A stretch of DNA of 64,000 nt from a virus (Duplodnaviria; Heunggongvirae; Uroviricota; Caudoviricetes): positions 63,852 through 127,851 of IMG/VR virus record IMGVR_UViG_3300028805_000039; one strand, written 5' to 3'. Both the position numbers and the translations under genes were made by a program. The notes under the pieces are model-generated. The model was not told where the DNA came from and did not search any database. It saw only the letters and a list, made by a program, of their open reading frames with translations. Shown piece after piece: positions 61,004 through 64,000 of this stretch. Each line of letters starts with the position of its first letter. The first letter of the stretch is position 1.

Positions 61004-61051
61004 ACAGGCGGAGGGACGCCACACTCGGGTAGTAGAGGGGGAGGCTTTTTT
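61004..61051 (+). ncRNA. 48-nt structured repeat element, copy 7 (3' end diverged into a T-run)
   Basis: GGCG-GAGGGA-CGCC and AC-ACTCGG-GT, then AGTAGAGGGGGAGGCTTTTTTT. Confidence 0.6.
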
Positions 61052-61184
61052 TATTTGGAGAATGTGGGGGAGGTTGCCCGGGCGGCGGCAAAAGAAAAAC
61101 AAAAAATTACAAAAAAAGACATTGACAAATAACCAGAAGTATGCTATTATAATACCAGAAAGAGAGATAAAGGAGGACAAAAAA

Positions 61185-61373
61185 ATGTATTTCGTTCTTG
61201 ATATTGTCAGTAATAAAACGGTCGCAATGACCGCTTTTAGAGACGCGGCGGAAATTATCGCCGCAAACTTCCCCGCAAAGTGCGTAGTTCGCTACGCCGC
61301 TGAAATAGTTAGCGGGTATTCTAAAGACAGCCTGTTCTTTGAGAATGAGCAGGAAATGAAAAAAGGGGCTTGA
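61185..61373 (+). CDS. Early small protein, 62 aa
   Basis: AAGGAGG RBS; ends KKGA-TGA inside the next -35 box. Confidence 0.7.
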   Translation: MYFVLDIVSNKTVAMTAFRDAAEIIAANFPAKCVVRYAAEIVSGYSKDSLFFENEQEMKKGA

Positions 61374-61428
61374 CAAAATAGCCCCTTTATGATACAATAC
61401 CAATAGAAACAGAAAAGGAGAAATACAA

Positions 61429-61548
61429 ATGATGTATGACATTTATCCCTGCGATCTTGACCCATTCGGGGAGTGCCCGAAGCATTGTCAGGATTGCGCC
61501 CATTGCGTGGGCTGGTTCATGGATGAACCAGAGGACGAAGAAAATTAA
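61429..61548 (+). CDS. Cys-rich acidic micropeptide, 39 aa
   Basis: Promoter plus AAGGAG; MMYDIYPCDLDPFGECPKHCQDCAHCVGWFMDEPEDEEN. Confidence 0.6.
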   Translation: MMYDIYPCDLDPFGECPKHCQDCAHCVGWFMDEPEDEEN

Positions 61549-61688
61549 AAAAGGGGCTTGACAAATACAACCCCCTGTGCTATAATAAAGACACAATAAA
61601 GGAGATGAAAACAATGAAAGCACGACCGCCGCCCGCAAGGGCATGTGATTGGATTACTAATAATTAGATAGTAATGTATAGGAGAATA

Positions 61689-61826
61689 AACTAATGAATA
61701 GAATTAGAGATGAGACGAAAACCTTTTAAGGTTTTCTAATAGATAGTATAGAATAGAAAGATAATAGAAAATGAGGAAAAACTAATGAATAGAATTAGAG
61801 ATGAGACTAAAACCTTTTAAGGTTTT
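61689..61826. repeat. Two 47-bp direct repeats (period 91 bp), each ending in an 8-bp inverted repeat
   Basis: AACTAATGAATAGAATTAGAGATGAGACNAAAACCTTTTAAGGTTTT at 61689 and 61780. Confidence 0.8.
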
Positions 61827-62005
61827 TGATGAATAGAATAGAATGATAGTAATAAAATAGAATAGAAGTAAGTGCCAAGGGGCGGCTCGGTTGGAGGATG
61901 GAAGTAGCCGAAAAAATTTTTCAAAAAATTTTGAAAAACCCCTTGACAAATGCCCGGGCATTTGTTATAATACAATCACAAAGAGAAAACAAGGAGAAAA
62001 AGAAA

Positions 62006-62119
62006 ATGATGACTAACGATTATTGGGAAGCTCACGAAGCCGAATGGCTTGCCGCTCAGGAGTGCATGGAGTGGCTCCTGTTTGAGGCCGACATGGCCAC
62101 TGACCCCTACCGGGATTAA
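62006..62119 (+). CDS. Acidic micropeptide, 37 aa
   Basis: AAGGAG RBS; MMTNDYWEAHEAEWLAAQECMEWLLFEADMATDPYRD. Confidence 0.6.
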   Translation: MMTNDYWEAHEAEWLAAQECMEWLLFEADMATDPYRD

Positions 62120-62198
62120 AACCCGGTAGGGAGAAAATACTTGACAAGTCCAAAAGTGTATGATATAATTAAGGCACAAAAACAAAGGAGATAAAAAA

Positions 62199-62516
62199 AT
62201 GAGAACTTGTAAAAACTGCGGTTGTTATCTTCCAGATAATTGGACTACTTGCCCCGCATGTTTTATGGATGAAAAGCAAGTTGAACATAAAACAGAAAAA
62301 CAGATTGATTCACACAAAGAGTCTTTTCTTAATAACATTTGCCGCGTTGATACATTCCATAAAAACAATACTAAAACATCAAATGTTTTTGCCTCTTATG
62401 AATACGCTATTAGATTTGCTCATTATATAGCTTGCGAATCTGACATAGCAATGGTTATTGTAACTGACATTCCCAGTGGGAAAATAATTGAAAAACTTTC
62501 TCGTAAAGGGTATTGA
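62199..62516 (+). CDS. Protein with N-terminal Zn ribbon, 105 aa
   Basis: CKNC-N9-CPAC; the TGA stop lies inside the next -35 box. Confidence 0.75.
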   Translation: MRTCKNCGCYLPDNWTTCPACFMDEKQVEHKTEKQIDSHKESFLNNICRVDTFHKNNTKTSNVFASYEYAIRFAHYIACESDIAMVIVTDIPSGKIIEKLSRKGY

Positions 62517-62572
62517 CAAATCCAAAAGCGTATGGTATAATTAAGGCACAAAAGGAAAAGGAGATAAGAAAA

Positions 62573-62713
62573 ATGTACGAATACGAAATTCGCTATCTGG
62601 CAACTGGTGAGACTGATTTTCTGTATGGATATTCTCGTCAGGACTTGGCAAGACGCTATCCCGAAATCCCAACCGATACTTATGTTATCATCTGCCGCGA
62701 GTACATCGACTGA
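62573..62713 (+). CDS. Early small protein, 46 aa
   Basis: Promoter plus AAGGAG. Confidence 0.7.
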   Translation: MYEYEIRYLATGETDFLYGYSRQDLARRYPEIPTDTYVIICREYID

Positions 62714-63035
62714 TGGCTCGCGGTTTTCTATTCATTTTTTTAGAATGGTTATGCATTGTATAAGCATACATTATAAATGAATTTTATACGGGCTATTTTC
62801 GGCGCGCCGCTCCTGGCCGACGCGGCGCGTTTTTCGCTGTAATAATTCTGCCACAATTTTGTCATCAATTTGTAACACATTCGCACAAACAGGCAAAGTC
62901 CCGAAATGAATAATTATACAATGAATAATGAATAAAAATTCAAAAAATTTTTTTGAAAAAATTAAAAAAAAGTGTTGACAAACGCCCGGGCATCTGCTAT
63001 AATCATAGACAGAAAGGGACAAGGAGGATAAAAAA

Positions 63036-63443
63036 ATGACTAACTACTACTTCGACATGGACGGCGTTCTGGCTGACTTCCACGGTGCTTATACTGATAG
63101 GGCACAGGCTTTTCAGTATGATTTTATTGCTAACCTTGCCCCATTTACCGCAAATGTTGAACTTGCAAAGTCCCTCATAGCACAGGGCAATCGGGTTTAT
63201 ATCTCCACCATTGCCGCAAGTGAAGAAGCAAAGCAGGCGAAAATTGATTGGCTTGCTAAGTATCTTCCGGAAATCCCCAGCTATCGTATCATTATCATTG
63301 TTGGGCATGGTAACAAGGCCGAACACATGAGAACAAAGACCGGAATCCTCATTGACGACAAGCGCGCCAACTGCCGCCAATGGGAAAAGGCCGGACAGCG
63401 TGCGGTGTGGCTGGAAATCAAGGGGGGAGCAATCTCCCTTTGA
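63036..63443 (+). CDS. HAD-superfamily 5'(3')-deoxyribonucleotidase-like phosphatase, copy B, 135 aa
   Basis: YYFDMDGVLADFH, ISTI and LIDD motifs; paralogue of 52381-52782. Confidence 0.8.
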   Translation: MTNYYFDMDGVLADFHGAYTDRAQAFQYDFIANLAPFTANVELAKSLIAQGNRVYISTIAASEEAKQAKIDWLAKYLPEIPSYRIIIIVGHGNKAEHMRTKTGILIDDKRANCRQWEKAGQRAVWLEIKGGAISL

Positions 63444-63537
63444 TTCTAAAAAAAATTGTTTTGTAACTATTTTGTAGTTGATTTTGCCCGGGCTATTTGT
63501 TATAATTAAGCCAGAAAGAAACAAGGAGGACAAAAAA

Positions 63538-63972
63538 ATGTACGCTATCACTTATTCCAACATCATTCACTGCAAGAAATCCGGCGACACCGCACAGCAG
63601 ACCGCAAACTTCTACCACACCGGACGGACGGAAAGACACGACGATCGCCCCTGGTATGAGGGAAGTGATATTGAAGAAATCGCCGCAAGCGTCAAGTCTA
63701 ATGGTTTTAGTCTTGCTGATGGCCGCACCAATCACGGCGACACGCTGGAAGAAAAATGGAACGATTTTCGTACCCGCACCGCTTCCAATCTCTTTATTTA
63801 TGTAACCAATAATTTTACCGGTTATTACATGAATATTGATGAGTTTGAAGAGTTTGTGAAAATGTGGTGCTATGTTAGCACAGAATCCGCAAAAAACGGC
63901 GGGCGGTCTAAAATTAGATGTAAGCACGAAAGCCAAAAAATGCGGAATTGGTTAGCTCACAGGGCGGGATAA
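63538..63972 (+). CDS. Early hypothetical protein, 144 aa
   Basis: ATG 63538 after AAGGAGG; promoter TTGATT-N17-TATAAT with GCCCGGGC in the spacer. Confidence 0.75.
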   Translation: MYAITYSNIIHCKKSGDTAQQTANFYHTGRTERHDDRPWYEGSDIEEIAASVKSNGFSLADGRTNHGDTLEEKWNDFRTRTASNLFIYVTNNFTGYYMNIDEFEEFVKMWCYVSTESAKNGGRSKIRCKHESQKMRNWLAHRAG

Positions 63973-64000
63973 AAACCCGCCCAAAACGAAAAAAAGTTCT

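Larger units (their letters stand above)
51216..63540 (+). promoter_or_regulatory. Array of about 35-40 near-consensus sigmaA promoters, each heading a one-gene or no-gene cassette
   Basis: Repeated TTGACA-N17-TATAAT/TATTAT/TACAAT (for example 51216, 51657, 52184, 52320, 53379, 53660, 54739, 55409, 57914, 60969, 62975), followed by ACAATCACA/ACCAGAAAG/AAGGCACA and AAGGAG-poly(A)-ATG. Confidence 0.9.

Noticed and set aside
51691-61051. 48-nt repeats as a CRISPR array or tRNAs
   Set aside because: Copies are dispersed 0.5-3 kb apart, each with its own promoter, and there are no spacers or cas genes. They are too short for tRNA and lack the T-loop and CCA. The CCCCACGCGGGG core of copies 3 and 5 only loosely resembles type I-E repeats.
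61614-61694. ORF MKARPPPARAC... after a promoter and RBS
   Set aside because: Very short, atypical composition, contains a TAG and runs into low-complexity repeats.
51184-63936. Minus-strand and alternative-frame track ORFs in the early region (for example 51184, 56888, 60373, 63003, 51434, 55106, 56134)
   Set aside because: They are Phe/Leu-rich shadows created by the A-rich plus strand and lack RBS or promoters; many track starts also lie within promoters and were moved to RBS-supported ATGs.
1-64000. Suppressor tRNA, lysis genes, integrase, diversity-generating retroelement
   Set aside because: None recognised in this window; they may lie elsewhere in the genome.

Overview
This window is part of a large tailed phage genome, probably a siphovirus of gut Firmicutes (Clostridia-like host inferred from sigmaA-type TTGACA-N17-TATAAT promoters, AGGAG ribosome-binding sites and an AbrB-family gene). 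It has two very different halves. (1) 1-49760, minus strand, AT-rich: a complete virion morphogenesis module running from a Zn-finger/HTH regulator through terminase, portal, protease/scaffold, major capsid, neck, major tail, tape measure and baseplate to fibre genes. These genes are shattered in the supplied ORF track because TAG is read as a sense codon, most likely Gln (genetic code 15). Track fragments share one frame, break at TAG, and join into RBS-led genes ending in TAA/TGA, including a 3100-aa tape measure protein and 2709-aa and 1605-aa tail proteins. I checked frames, starts and stops by hand but only spot-checked interior codons of the longest genes. (2) About 51200-64000, plus strand: a dense array of roughly 35-40 consensus promoters, each driving one small TAG-free ORF or no ORF, typical of an early host-takeover region. 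The strongest unexplained signal lies here: seven dispersed copies of a 48-nt, promoter-driven, non-coding element with compensatory base changes in two adjacent helices and purine-rich GGA/GAGG loops. About 20 copies of the palindrome GCCCGGGC, mostly in promoter spacers, accompany them. No tRNA, lysis, integrase or replication genes were recognised.
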